Below are positions 9,758 through 18,960 of a DNA stretch of 64,000 nucleotides, piece by piece. This stretch comes from Nitrospirota bacterium (GTDB taxonomy: Bacteria > Nitrospirota > UBA9217), in assembly GCA_035625205.1 (NCBI GenBank), contig DASPQB010000296.1, positions 3,041 to 67,040 of the forward strand, read 5' to 3'. Under the pieces are notes generated by a model, which saw nothing but the letters and a program-made list of their open reading frames with translations, was not told the origin of the DNA and did no database searches. Within the stretch, counting starts at the first letter, position 1; each line of letters begins with the position of its first letter. The position numbers and the translations under genes are program-made.

Positions 9758-10807
9758 CTAATAAAATTCCCGAAGCTTGCCAGCGAGTTCCTCCGGCTGT
9801 GTGATAATCAACTCCGTCTGGAGCATTTTTTGAAGAAAGTAATCGTCGTTCCGGTAATTCGGATAGAGGTTTTGCCGGTTGACTATTTTCAGGACACACC
9901 GATGACCTTCGCCTGCCTGCGGCTGCCGGACACTATAGAGCGAGTAATTATAGCTAAGGAGGCCGAGGCTTTCATAGAATGCCAGCGCCTTCGAGATTCC
10001 CGTTGCCAGTGCCCGTATGTCTGCATCGGCGAGGGATTCGAAATCGCTTGCGGTCTCATGAACGGCAGTCACTTCGTTGCTCCCGAGGGGAGAGAACGCG
10101 GTCATCCAATGCCACTTCCCGAGGTGCGCGACATACCGTATACCGCGGTTCTTTTCTTCTTCGATCAAATCTACATGGAAGGTAGTCAAATTCTGTTTGT
10201 GATAAACCCTGCAAGCCTCGATCATCCGAGCATGGTAGGAATAGGCTACCGGTGTCAGCAAGACCTGCAAATGCGGGTGGACCAGGCTGGCGCCCCCGGG
10301 GAAAAGATAATTGGCGTTAATCGTTGCAAACTGCACTGATTCATCGTTGTGATATACCGCCTTGATGAAGTCACGCACCACGGTCAGACCGTCCTCGATG
10401 ATCTCGGTCGTAAACTCTGAAAGTTTCAGGAAATGAGATGCGCTGAGCGCCACAACGGCATGGTATTTCCCTATCGCAAAAAGGTTCGGAAATAAAACCG
10501 CTTCACCCCGTCTGATGCGTCCTTCCGGTACGATTGCAGGCGGATATTTCGGCGTTGTTTTCTCGATCCGGTCGCCGCAAAAGATGCAGGCCTTGGAGCT
10601 CTCATCCACGAGCCGTCGTACCAGCTCAGGATCATTGTCTCCGAAGAATGCCTTTGCTTTGTCCCGGAGAAAGGGATTATACGCGCTCGCGTCCCCGAGG
10701 AGCGGGTCCTTTCGTACTTCCACTCTGTGGGTTTCCTCGGTAAAATTTTGCTGTGGGTTCAGGATCGTGAAGCAGGATGCAACAGACTCGAACGGGATCT
10801 TCCCCAT
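9758..10807 (-). CDS. galactose-1-phosphate uridylyltransferase-family (HIT superfamily) nucleotidyltransferase
   Basis: It has a Cys pair (CIFCGD) followed later by the histidine-triad-like GGASLVHPHLQVL. The start is at ATG 10807, after the SD AAGGAGG plus 4 nt. Confidence 0.65.
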   Translation of the reverse strand: MGKIPFESVASCFTILNPQQNFTEETHRVEVRKDPLLGDASAYNPFLRDKAKAFFGDNDPELVRRLVDESSKACIFCGDRIEKTTPKYPPAIVPEGRIRRGEAVLFPNLFAIGKYHAVVALSASHFLKLSEFTTEIIEDGLTVVRDFIKAVYHNDESVQFATINANYLFPGGASLVHPHLQVLLTPVAYSYHARMIEACRVYHKQNLTTFHVDLIEEEKNRGIRYVAHLGKWHWMTAFSPLGSNEVTAVHETASDFESLADADIRALATGISKALAFYESLGLLSYNYSLYSVRQPQAGEGHRCVLKIVNRQNLYPNYRNDDYFLQKMLQTELIITQPEELAGKLREFY

Positions 10808-11015
10808 AGTTCCTCCTTGGCCGTCCATCGTAGTTTACGATTCCCCCACAAGCCGTTCGGCAAGCTGTAGCAGCGGACCTGTCTGATGATCTTGTTCTGA
10901 CACGCATGGATATCGCGCGCTACCCGTGGTAGACAACCTAGCAGCCGTGGTCATCGTAGGCCAGGAACGGAGAGGCAGACGCCTCAAGTTGTCTGGCTTA
11001 ATTGTATCAAATTTT

Positions 11016-11219
11016 TTAAGGAGGAGAGTCGTGAAGAATGATCACGGACTGCTGCTGCCGCTTCCTGATTACGTTGTCCCTACAGGGCAGACTCTTGTGC
11101 ACGAGCTTCTTCCTGAGCATGCAGCGAAGAGCAACGAATGCCCTGCAGCTTCTCGACCCATCAACGGCATCAGACTTGGGAAATGTGGCATATTTGCATG
11201 CAAGGTCGCAGAATTCCAT
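11016..11219 (-). CDS. small cysteine-rich hypothetical protein (67 aa)
   Basis: The sequence is MEFCDLACKYATFPKSDAVDGSRSCRAFVALRCMLRKKLVHKSLPCRDNV... with six Cys. The ATG at 11219 is preceded by GGGAGAG. It is co-directional with its flanking genes. No family could be assigned from memory. Confidence 0.4.
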   Translation of the reverse strand: MEFCDLACKYATFPKSDAVDGSRSCRAFVALRCMLRKKLVHKSLPCRDNVIRKRQQQSVIILHDSPP

Positions 11220-11448
11220 CGCACTCTCCCGCAGGCTGCAGCAACAGGGCACCTAGTTCCTCTCTTTCACTGTTCATGTCTTTTATCATCCCATCCCTGA
11301 CGTTCATCTTCAATGGCCACCCTGTGGGGAAGGGTGATGCTCTGAGCGGCATGGCAATTGTTATATCGCGTATCCCGGAATGAGTAGGTGAACAATGAAA
11401 GACCTGACGACTAGTCGATTAACCGGTTCCGCGGCCGCTGTCATGCTC

Positions 11449-12000
11449 TCAGTCACTGGTAACGAGCATCGAGTTTTTGATCTTTAGGGCGACATCCTTG
11501 CTGATGAGCTGTTCGACAATGGCGAGGCCGAAGGCAAGCGCTGTTCCCGCCCCCCTGCTGGTCAGCACGTTCCCGTCGACTACGACCGGCTTTTCCTCAT
11601 ACTGCACATTGCCCAGCTTGTCCTTGTACGACGGATAGGAGGTAGCGCGCTTTCCCGCGAGCACACCCGCATTCGCAAGGACATAGGACGCGGCACAGAT
11701 GGCGCCCGTGAACTTGCCTCTCTCTGAAAAGCTTCCGATCAACGCTTTCACCCGAGGGTCTGCGTTCAGATTGTCCGAGCCTGGCTGTCCGCCCGGCAGG
11801 ACGATCATGTCGAAGTCATCTGCCTTGACGGTATCAATAACCGTGTCAGGGATGACTTTCACGTTCCGTGCGCTTGTAACATGGCCATCATGCAACCCTG
11901 CAATGACGGTATCAATCTGCGCCCGCCGCAGTACGTCGATAACGGCAATGGCTTCAACCTCTTCAAAACCATCCGCAAGAATGACCGCTACTCTCGGCAT
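11449..12000 (-). CDS. DJ-1/PfpI family protein
   Basis: MPRVAVILADGFEEVEA..., the nucleophile-elbow context GAICAAS and the overall length are typical of DJ-1/ThiJ/YajL. The SD GAGGAGG lies upstream. Confidence 0.85.
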   Translation of the reverse strand: MPRVAVILADGFEEVEAIAVIDVLRRAQIDTVIAGLHDGHVTSARNVKVIPDTVIDTVKADDFDMIVLPGGQPGSDNLNADPRVKALIGSFSERGKFTGAICAASYVLANAGVLAGKRATSYPSYKDKLGNVQYEEKPVVVDGNVLTSRGAGTALAFGLAIVEQLISKDVALKIKNSMLVTSD

Positions 12001-12157
12001 CATGACCTCCTCTTGATGCTGAATGGTACTGGCACGACGAACCTATTATAGTCTCTTCCCTGCAATCCAGCAACTCGCCGTAAAAGAATTTGACATTTCC
12101 TGGCCGTTTCATTATATAGAGGGTGCGCCGAATTCATGTCTGCTCAAGGAGGAACAA

Positions 12158-12520
12158 ATGCCGATACACATAAAAATTCCAACCGCGATCGCGGCTTCAG
12201 GGAACAAACCCAAGATCATCGAGGAATTCGTCGGACGGGTCAACTCGGGCACCCCAGACCTGAGCATCGCACGCATGAAAAGCCCTGCCGGATGGAGTGA
12301 GCCTGGACAGACGCCCGATTTCGATGAGTACACCGTTGTACTCCATGGCGTGCTCAAAGTGACATCGAGGAATGCTTCGTTTGACGTTCGCAAGAACGAA
12401 GCAATCATCTGCCGCAAAGGAGAATGGGTTCAGTATAGTACTCCGGAATCCGAGGGCGCGGAGTACATCGCAATCTGCGTGCCTGCATTTTCTCCCCCTA
12501 CTGTACATCGCGATTCATGA
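12158..12520 (+). CDS. cupin-fold protein
   Basis: The start is taken at ATG 12158, after AAGGAGGA. The sequence DEYTVVLHGVLKV...GEWVQYSTPESEGAEYIAICVPAF resembles a small single-domain cupin. The track ORF begins at 12023. Confidence 0.6.
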   Translation: MPIHIKIPTAIAASGNKPKIIEEFVGRVNSGTPDLSIARMKSPAGWSEPGQTPDFDEYTVVLHGVLKVTSRNASFDVRKNEAIICRKGEWVQYSTPESEGAEYIAICVPAFSPPTVHRDS

Positions 12521-12670
12521 ATTTGGACGATGAAGTTCTGTTCTACTCCGCCACGTGCCATGCAGTAAAAAAGGTGAGTTAATTTGAATAATTCTCCCGC
12601 CTTTCTTCGAACCTTAAATTTCAAATTAGTTAGACCGGTACCTGGAACTCGATCCTCCGTCTGACTCGGG

Positions 12671-13102
12671 TTATTTCCCCATATGTTTCGCACCCATGTG
12701 TTTCTCTAACATTGTAACCAATTTATCGCGCTGCTCTGGTGTAAGCATATCATGGATTTCCGTGAACTTCGCGCTAAAGAAGCGGATCATATCATCAGCC
12801 TGAGCCCGGTTTTTCGCCTTCAAGGCTTCCAGTTTCCCCTTGTCGATCTCTGAGCTTCTCATAAGTTCACTGGCTTCCCTCACCGTCTCTTCCCTCATGC
12901 CGGCCATCCAGGGCCGCAAGGCAAGGAATTCATCCTTGATTTGTTCCAGCCTTGCCTTCTGGGCATCGTCCAACTTAAGCTCTTTCGCCATGTGCTGCAC
13001 ATAATGTTCAGCCCGTTGTTCCGGCGTCCGATAGCATCCGGTAACGACCAGTGCCGAGAATGCAATGAGTACAGGCAGGATGGTAATCCTATTTTTTAAC
13101 AT
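12671..13102 (-). CDS. periplasmic CpxP/Spy/ZraP-like (LTxxQ-motif) protein, probable lipoprotein
   Basis: The signal/lipobox is MLKNRITILPVLIAFSALVVTGC. The body is all-helical with LDDAQKARLEQ and LTPEQRDKL motifs. The SD AAAGGAGAAG lies before the ATG at 13102. Confidence 0.65.
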   Translation of the reverse strand: MLKNRITILPVLIAFSALVVTGCYRTPEQRAEHYVQHMAKELKLDDAQKARLEQIKDEFLALRPWMAGMREETVREASELMRSSEIDKGKLEALKAKNRAQADDMIRFFSAKFTEIHDMLTPEQRDKLVTMLEKHMGAKHMGK

Positions 13103-13891
13103 GTCAGCACTTCTCCTTTCCGAATCTGCATGCGTTGACACACCTCCATGTCCTTTTGGATGAAAACATATTTACATTTTAGCACTTTTTTGATTCATGA
13201 GATCAATAGCTTATGGTGATACAAACTCTCAGGAAAGCATTCTCCCTGATGCCCTCGCGAAGTCGCCTGGTCACGATATATGCCTAAGCCTCGTCACAGA
13301 GGGGAAGGAGCGCGGCAAAATCTACACCGCTGAATCGGGCTTCGATATCGACCTTTTTGGATGTCGGTTTTCTTCAATATGGAGAACTCCTGGTGATATG
13401 AATCCCCCCGACCCATAGCTGTGGACATCGTTCAGAAAAGCCTCGTGATAGTGTATCTTTAGGGCACCGAAACGTGAACACATCTTTTTCATTGCGGTAC
13501 CAACCATTCAGTTTTAAAATAGCATTGCCCTTTATGATCCCATGGAAAGAAGGTCAGCGATGACGATGCAGTCCGAGGAAATCCGGCTACGGTATTTGTA
13601 CCGGCGGCTTATCATAGATGGGAAAGCAAGGATTTCCTTCGAAGCAGCGAGGAGGCTTGTCGGCCCGGACTGTGCGTATCACCTCTACGCGGTCGCCGGG
13701 AAAACGAAGCCAAAAAGCAATCCGCGGGCATCACGATCGCGCAAGAAATAAGAGACCTTACCCCCAGATTATCCTGCTATTAACCGTCGTCATCCCGTAC
13801 GCAGATAGTTTACCCACTGTCTTCAAAGCGTCGCTGGGCGTTTTCCGCTGCCCTGCAATGCCTGGAACCGTAATTTCTTGCTCGATCTGGC

Positions 13892-14272
13892 TCAGTACAT
13901 AAATTTTCGAATTGTTTCCCTGAGTGATCGGGCATCAACGGGTTTGGTAATGTATCCATTTGCACCCAAATCCATCCAACGCCCTCGGTCTCGTTGCTCG
14001 CCTTTTGTTGTAATGATGATGATCGGTGTATCCAGTTTCAGATCATGACGCACAGCGTGGATCAGACCAGCCCCATCAAGTTCCGGCATGTTCATGTCCG
14101 TGAGGATGAGATCGACATTCTGTTGTTTTAATTTTGCCAGTGCATGAACGCCATTTACAGCCTCGACGATCCTGACCCCCGGCATCATTTTTATCACGTG
14201 GAACAAAAGTAACATGCGCATCGTCTGTGAGTCGTCGACCACCAGGACCCGTTTGTTCGCCCATGGCATCAT
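13892..14272 (-). CDS. single-domain response regulator (CheY-like receiver)
   Basis: VLVVDDSQTMR...DLILTDMNMPELDG...IIIITTKGE...GANGYITKP are the canonical receiver residues. There is no output domain. Confidence 0.85.
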   Translation of the reverse strand: MMPWANKRVLVVDDSQTMRMLLLFHVIKMMPGVRIVEAVNGVHALAKLKQQNVDLILTDMNMPELDGAGLIHAVRHDLKLDTPIIIITTKGEQRDRGRWMDLGANGYITKPVDARSLRETIRKFMY

Positions 14273-14541
14273 AAAGTCTTAGAATCCTCCATCAAGCAAA
14301 ATGGTTACCGTGGCGCAACAGACGAGCCGAGTACCAGCCGCGGCAGATCATCCCGACAAAAGTTACTTACCATCATACCGCGTCAGGGTCTAAAGTCAAC
14401 GGGACGTTACGATTTTATGGGCAGCGGGTCAACGCAGCAGGCATTCTTCCTGGACGGGTCCATGCCGGTGTGCATGAAATTTAAAAAAGTCTTATACTAT
14501 ATATTAGAAGTCGTATCAATTAAAAACGAACACTGTTTAGG

Positions 14542-15108
14542 ATGAAAGAAAGGAGAATGGTTCGCATGACATGCAGCAAAAAAGTATTCAGTACTGCGGC
14601 ATACTTAGTCCTTGTCACTGCGCTTGTGAGTTGCATGGCCGGCAAACACCTCACAACGTCAGCAGCAGATCCGACAGCGCTTACGGGAACCTATACACTG
14701 CTGCTCTATGGATGCCACTATTCCGATGATGCACAAAACGTCGCCTTCCTCGTGAGCGAGTCAAGCAAGTATCCGCTGGAGATATTTGATCTCGACACAT
14801 CTTACAAGGTAAAGACGGGTGTTCCGGCCCAGCAGGCGCTCAGCGAAGCCAACTCATTCCTCCGGTGCACTACTTTTCGGCTCTGGAAGACACAGCTAGA
14901 AAGGATACCCGACGATGGCGGCGGGACCATCGGCTACGAATTGCGGCCCCTCTATCTTCCCTGGGAATTCGGCAAATCCGATATCATGTTGATCACCTAC
15001 TCGCTGCGGCACGACAAGGTTAGAGTCTATATCAAACTGGACCCTGACGCAGAGCGGGCGCTCGAAGCCTCTGGTGGCTCAGGCAGATCATCTGGTGACA
15101 ACAGATAA
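14542..15108 (+). CDS. hypothetical lipoprotein
   Basis: It has a signal with lipobox (AAYLVLVTALVSC) and no recognisable family. The likely start is the ATG at 14566, 10 nt after AAAGGAG. Confidence 0.5.
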   Translation: MKERRMVRMTCSKKVFSTAAYLVLVTALVSCMAGKHLTTSAADPTALTGTYTLLLYGCHYSDDAQNVAFLVSESSKYPLEIFDLDTSYKVKTGVPAQQALSEANSFLRCTTFRLWKTQLERIPDDGGGTIGYELRPLYLPWEFGKSDIMLITYSLRHDKVRVYIKLDPDAERALEASGGSGRSSGDNR

Positions 15109-15341
15109 GAGATGGTAATCTTGTGGGAGACACAGTTGAGGGGTACTCCCGGAAAATGGTTATTTTGGCTAAAGCAAATACGAGAGCATTGCCATAAGCG
15201 TATTCACGTCAACGTGTGGCACTTTGTCGTGAAAGTGACGTTTGTCTCACCTTGAGGAGTGAATTGCCTCAGTTTCCAGATCATTGCCTGTTATATGAGA
15301 GTTTCTCTCGATCCATAGCATGCCTGACTGCATGCTGGTAA

Positions 15342-16292
15342 TCAGGCAGCGCGCTTGGCACTTATTGGAGGTGAAGGAGCGGAATCGTCATTCCCCCGCT
15401 TGCATCGACGCACCCACTCGGTGATCAGAATTGCAATCTTCTCCGGATCGTCTTCCTGGAGATAATGAATACCGGGCCCGAAATCTTTGATCATGAGCTG
15501 CGGCAGCATCTTTTGGAGGAGGTGCAGATGGTATTCCGTTTCCTTCGAAACAATGGCCCCTGGCGTTGCCTTGATCCATAGCAGAGGGAACTTCACGCCT
15601 TGCAGCTTTTTCCGAACTTCTTCGATAAAAGCATCGCTCTCCGCCGGTCGGCCTGCAATCGGCAGGAGCTTCGGAAAGGCCCTTATCGCTTTCCGTGAAC
15701 TGTTGGTTGGGAATGGTTCACGGTAATGGCGCATCACTTCATCTGACATGTTCTCCTTGTGGATCACGGACCCGGGAAGAATTTTATTCACGAAGACGTT
15801 CATCACCTGGAGCAGGATATAGCCAAGCGGAGAGCGGAACATCCGGAACACCGGTGCAAATCTCCCGAAATCCTTCCAGGTAAAGGGCCAGACAAAAGTT
15901 TCCATAAACGCGACTCCCCAGACATTGTCAGCATGATTGACCGCATAGACGGTTCCAAGCGGTCCGCCCCAGTCATGTAGTACAAGAATAAGGTTCTTGA
16001 GCTCAAGCTTCTCAATGAAGGCCTCGACAATGTCTGCATGCAGACGAACTGTGTACTCTACGTCACTACGTTTGTCAGACTTGCCGAAACCCAGCAGGTC
16101 GAGAGCAATCCCTCTTCTGCCCAGGTCGCCCGCTACCTTCGGCAATACATTCCTCCACACGTAGGATGAAGTTGGATTGCCATGTATAAAAAGCACCGGC
16201 TCTCCCCTTCCAGCCTCCACATAGTGGATCCGGTACCCGCCGATCAAAGTGTATTGGCTTTCAAATTGAAAATCAGCAGACGGTCTCGACAT
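15342..16292 (-). CDS. alpha/beta hydrolase of the haloalkane dehalogenase (HLD-II, DhaA/LinB-like) family
   Basis: Visible motifs are HGNPTSSYVWRNV, the nucleophile motif VLHDWGG and the C-terminal catalytic-His context GIHYLQEDDPE. These are hallmark motifs as I recall them for HLD-II enzymes. Confidence 0.8.
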   Translation of the reverse strand: MSRPSADFQFESQYTLIGGYRIHYVEAGRGEPVLFIHGNPTSSYVWRNVLPKVAGDLGRRGIALDLLGFGKSDKRSDVEYTVRLHADIVEAFIEKLELKNLILVLHDWGGPLGTVYAVNHADNVWGVAFMETFVWPFTWKDFGRFAPVFRMFRSPLGYILLQVMNVFVNKILPGSVIHKENMSDEVMRHYREPFPTNSSRKAIRAFPKLLPIAGRPAESDAFIEEVRKKLQGVKFPLLWIKATPGAIVSKETEYHLHLLQKMLPQLMIKDFGPGIHYLQEDDPEKIAILITEWVRRCKRGNDDSAPSPPISAKRAA

Positions 16293-16496
16293 TTCTCCTC
16301 TTCTCTGCGGGTTTGCAGTGCGGACTCCCGCTCAGGACACCTTTTGTTGCAACAGATCAAACCACTTCTTTAAAACTGCTTCAATATTTTCGATCCAGCA
16401 ATTCCCTATTTCTTCTAGACAGTATTCTACGGAACGGTCGTGCCTATCGGAAAAGCTTAAATTCATGTTTAAGCCTAACACCGCATGGGGAACATG

Positions 16497-16936
16497 TCAA
16501 GAAATGGACTTGAACGAAGATGACAGCCATCGCTGCAGGCTACGGGTACTGCTGGATAGAACTGATGATTGTCGAACGAGGGTGCAGACGACGCCAAAAA
16601 TTTCGTCTATGGCACAGGCAGGGTATCTTCCTATCGGGACCGCAATCAATCCTGTCTCACGACATGAATGGTCGCTGACTATTACTTTGGTGGTATGAAG
16701 CGACTTGAGCACTTCGGGAGTGAATATGCCTGCCTCAACAATCCATGCCGTGTCTGGCAGGTACGCGGGTACAAGGTTGCGCGCCTTTTCATCATTTTTC
16801 TCTTCGCGAGAGCATATGAAGTGTGTTCACCTGATATGCAGCTGCATTTGAACTTCTTGAATGGCAGCGACCCTTTTGCGAACTGCTCATACAGCGCGCT
16901 CAGATAAGCATTCTCGATGTAAGGTGATTTAATCAT
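16497..16936 (-). pseudogene. possible frameshifted gene relic (two overlapping minus-strand frames)
   Basis: Frame A starts at ATG 16936: MIKSPYIENAYLSALYEQFAKGSLPFKKFKCSCISGEH... A second frame stays open from about 16810: EEKNDEKARNLVPAYLPDTAWIVEAGIFTPEVLKSLHTTKVIVSDHSCRETGLIAVPIG... The switch point lies at an A/T-rich run (plus strand ccttttcatcatttttctc, about 16786-16804). No intact ORF over 100 aa exists in the 750-nt gap. Confidence 0.3.
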
Positions 16937-17040
16937 GAATTTCACACCTGAACTCCATTGTTTCACGCTCACGCAGAAATTATACTTTATACTGATGATA
17001 CAATCTATACCGTTAAGAGGCCATCATCATGGCGCTTCTG

Positions 17041-17454
17041 CTACACCAACAACACTATTGAAATCAACGCAAGGACTATGCCAATACCTTGTTTCAGCGT
17101 TATCGTTTCATGCAAAAGGATGAAGGAGACGGTGATAGAGACGAGCGGATAGAGTCCTGTGAAGGTGATTACGATCGCAGCGCCGCCCCTACTTATGGCC
17201 TGTAGAAACAACAGGCCGCCAAGCGAACTGCAAATGCCTGCAAGAATACCAAAAAAAGCGCCTTTGACGCTGATAGGTTTCGGAAATTTGGTCGTTGCCA
17301 GTACGGCGAATACGACTGATACAGCGCCGAGGGCAGAAATAAAATAGACATTCCGCGGTGGCATCTGCCTCGTGGCCAGCTTCTGAAACACCCCCCATAC
17401 ACCCCACAGGACCATTGCAAGTACTGCAGGCGCCACCCAAGGATGCGTTCTCAT
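17041..17454 (-). CDS. half-size EamA/DMT-family membrane protein
   Basis: This 137-aa protein has about 4 TM segments. Its sequence (WGVWGVFQKLA...GLYPLVSITVSFILLHE) resembles a single EamA domain. Confidence 0.6.
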   Translation of the reverse strand: MRTHPWVAPAVLAMVLWGVWGVFQKLATRQMPPRNVYFISALGAVSVVFAVLATTKFPKPISVKGAFFGILAGICSSLGGLLFLQAISRGGAAIVITFTGLYPLVSITVSFILLHETITLKQGIGIVLALISIVLLV

Positions 17455-17689
17455 GAGATTTTTCCCTTCCCGCTATGGGCTGCTGTTCATCGAGTCTGTA
17501 CATGGTAAACGGAACATGATTTTATCTCACGATAGTCTCTGTATGAGCAATCCCCGGTCATCGAGAGCACGCAGCAGTTCCCGGTCATTTCCGAATTCTA
17601 ACGTGGATGATGTAGACGTGCATATGACCGGCCAACTAAGATACAACCATAACGTACTCCCTGCACTGTGACTCGAGCGATAGGTGTTC

Positions 17690-18028
17690 TTACTTCACTT
17701 CCTTGATGCTCACGACATTCTCATATTGGGAGAGCATAGGTATTCTCCAGCCGTATTTTTTGATCTTTACCGGTTTCCCTTTTAACCGTATCGCATCGTT
17801 CTGTATGGTGCCGGAATCAAATTTTAGACGGTACCAGACATCCTCGTTAATAAACGGCCGGTCTTCCGTTGCAATCATAAACTTTCCATCCACCTTCGTC
17901 ATTTGTGCATCAGTTATTCTCGTCTGTATCGTGTCCGCTATAAAATAACTATACAGTAATGCCAGAACACAAACTGCGATAAAAAACAGGACCGCCCTAA
18001 ACTTGAAACTGGTGAAAAATCTGGCCAT
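17690..18028 (-). CDS. membrane-anchored hypothetical protein, DUF1523-like
   Basis: It has an N-terminal TM (AVLFFIAVCVLALLY) and a C-terminal KKYGWRIPMLSQYENV. The latter resembles the YGWRIP motif I recall for DUF1523; the assignment is from memory only. Confidence 0.45.
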   Translation of the reverse strand: MARFFTSFKFRAVLFFIAVCVLALLYSYFIADTIQTRITDAQMTKVDGKFMIATEDRPFINEDVWYRLKFDSGTIQNDAIRLKGKPVKIKKYGWRIPMLSQYENVVSIKEVK

Positions 18029-18208
18029 AACAATCGCCTCCTCCTGTTAAGGGATTCATTGATCAGCAGATCTCCGAAGCCGGCTAAACCTGTTCCTTCA
18101 GCCGGCACTTACTTGAAAAGACCAAGTCTCGTCATGATTGTTGTCGCCGTCCCGCAACCCACGAGAAGGATTCCACTACCATGAAAATCATCAATTTATT
18201 ATGTCTGC

Positions 18209-18922
18209 TCATTGTTGCGTTTTATGGAGTCCATGGCCAAGAAGGTCAGGTTTTACTCTCGAAATGAACTGAATTACTGCGCCGGTAATGGCACCCTCGA
18301 TGATCCAGCCGATGCTGCCAAGGGAAAGCACAATCACCGCGAATGCCCGAAGAGATGATCTCTCCTGTCCGTCGTCATTTACATGGGTTTGATCGGTAAC
18401 GCCACCCGCATGTTCATAATGGTGTCCGAAAAAATCCGCGCGTACATGTGAAACCCCGACGATACCTATCAAGAGCAGTGTCGCGAGAAAGAGCGATAAG
18501 ACCGTGGATAATGCAGCGCTCCAGAAAATGGATAATCCCTTTCTCAACAGATGAAATATCGTATGTCCCAGCAGAGCCTCTGCACCAAGGAGCAGCGTAT
18601 TGAGACCGACGACGGTAATGCCGCCGTGGCCGACAAACGCGAGCATTAGATTTACGATGAACGCCGCCATAAATCCCAGGGACGGCCCGAGCAGTATGCC
18701 GGCCGCGACCGACATGTTGAGGTGATAAGCGATAGGCAGAATCTCCAGGCTCATGACAACGAGCATTACGGCGGACAGCGCACCCAACAACGGGACCTTT
18801 TTCTTCATATCTGTGGTCCGCAAGCGGTAGAGGCTCAGTGCGAGAAACACCGACATAAGCAGGAATCCCGAGACCCACAGCCAAACAGGGAGAATGCCAT
18901 CAGGAATATGTATGTGCGTCAT
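18209..18922 (-). CDS. CbiM/NikM-like metal-transport membrane protein (orphan ECF-type S component)
   Basis: The N-terminus MTHIHIPDGILPVWLWV resembles the MHIPDG signature of CbiM/NikM. It has multiple TM helices and a His-rich loop, FFGHHYEHAGGVTDQTHVNDD. The start is at ATG 18922, after AAAGGGGA plus 7 nt; the track ORF starts at 19054 and would overlap the permease gene. Confidence 0.7.
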   Translation of the reverse strand: MTHIHIPDGILPVWLWVSGFLLMSVFLALSLYRLRTTDMKKKVPLLGALSAVMLVVMSLEILPIAYHLNMSVAAGILLGPSLGFMAAFIVNLMLAFVGHGGITVVGLNTLLLGAEALLGHTIFHLLRKGLSIFWSAALSTVLSLFLATLLLIGIVGVSHVRADFFGHHYEHAGGVTDQTHVNDDGQERSSLRAFAVIVLSLGSIGWIIEGAITGAVIQFISRVKPDLLGHGLHKTQQ

Positions 18923-18960
18923 GCCGCGTTCCCCTTTCCTGTGATACGAAATGTATGCCG

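Noticed and set aside
13322-13507. 61-aa minus-strand ORF in the receiver/CpxP-like gap
   Set aside because: It has no SD, no motifs and no supporting context.
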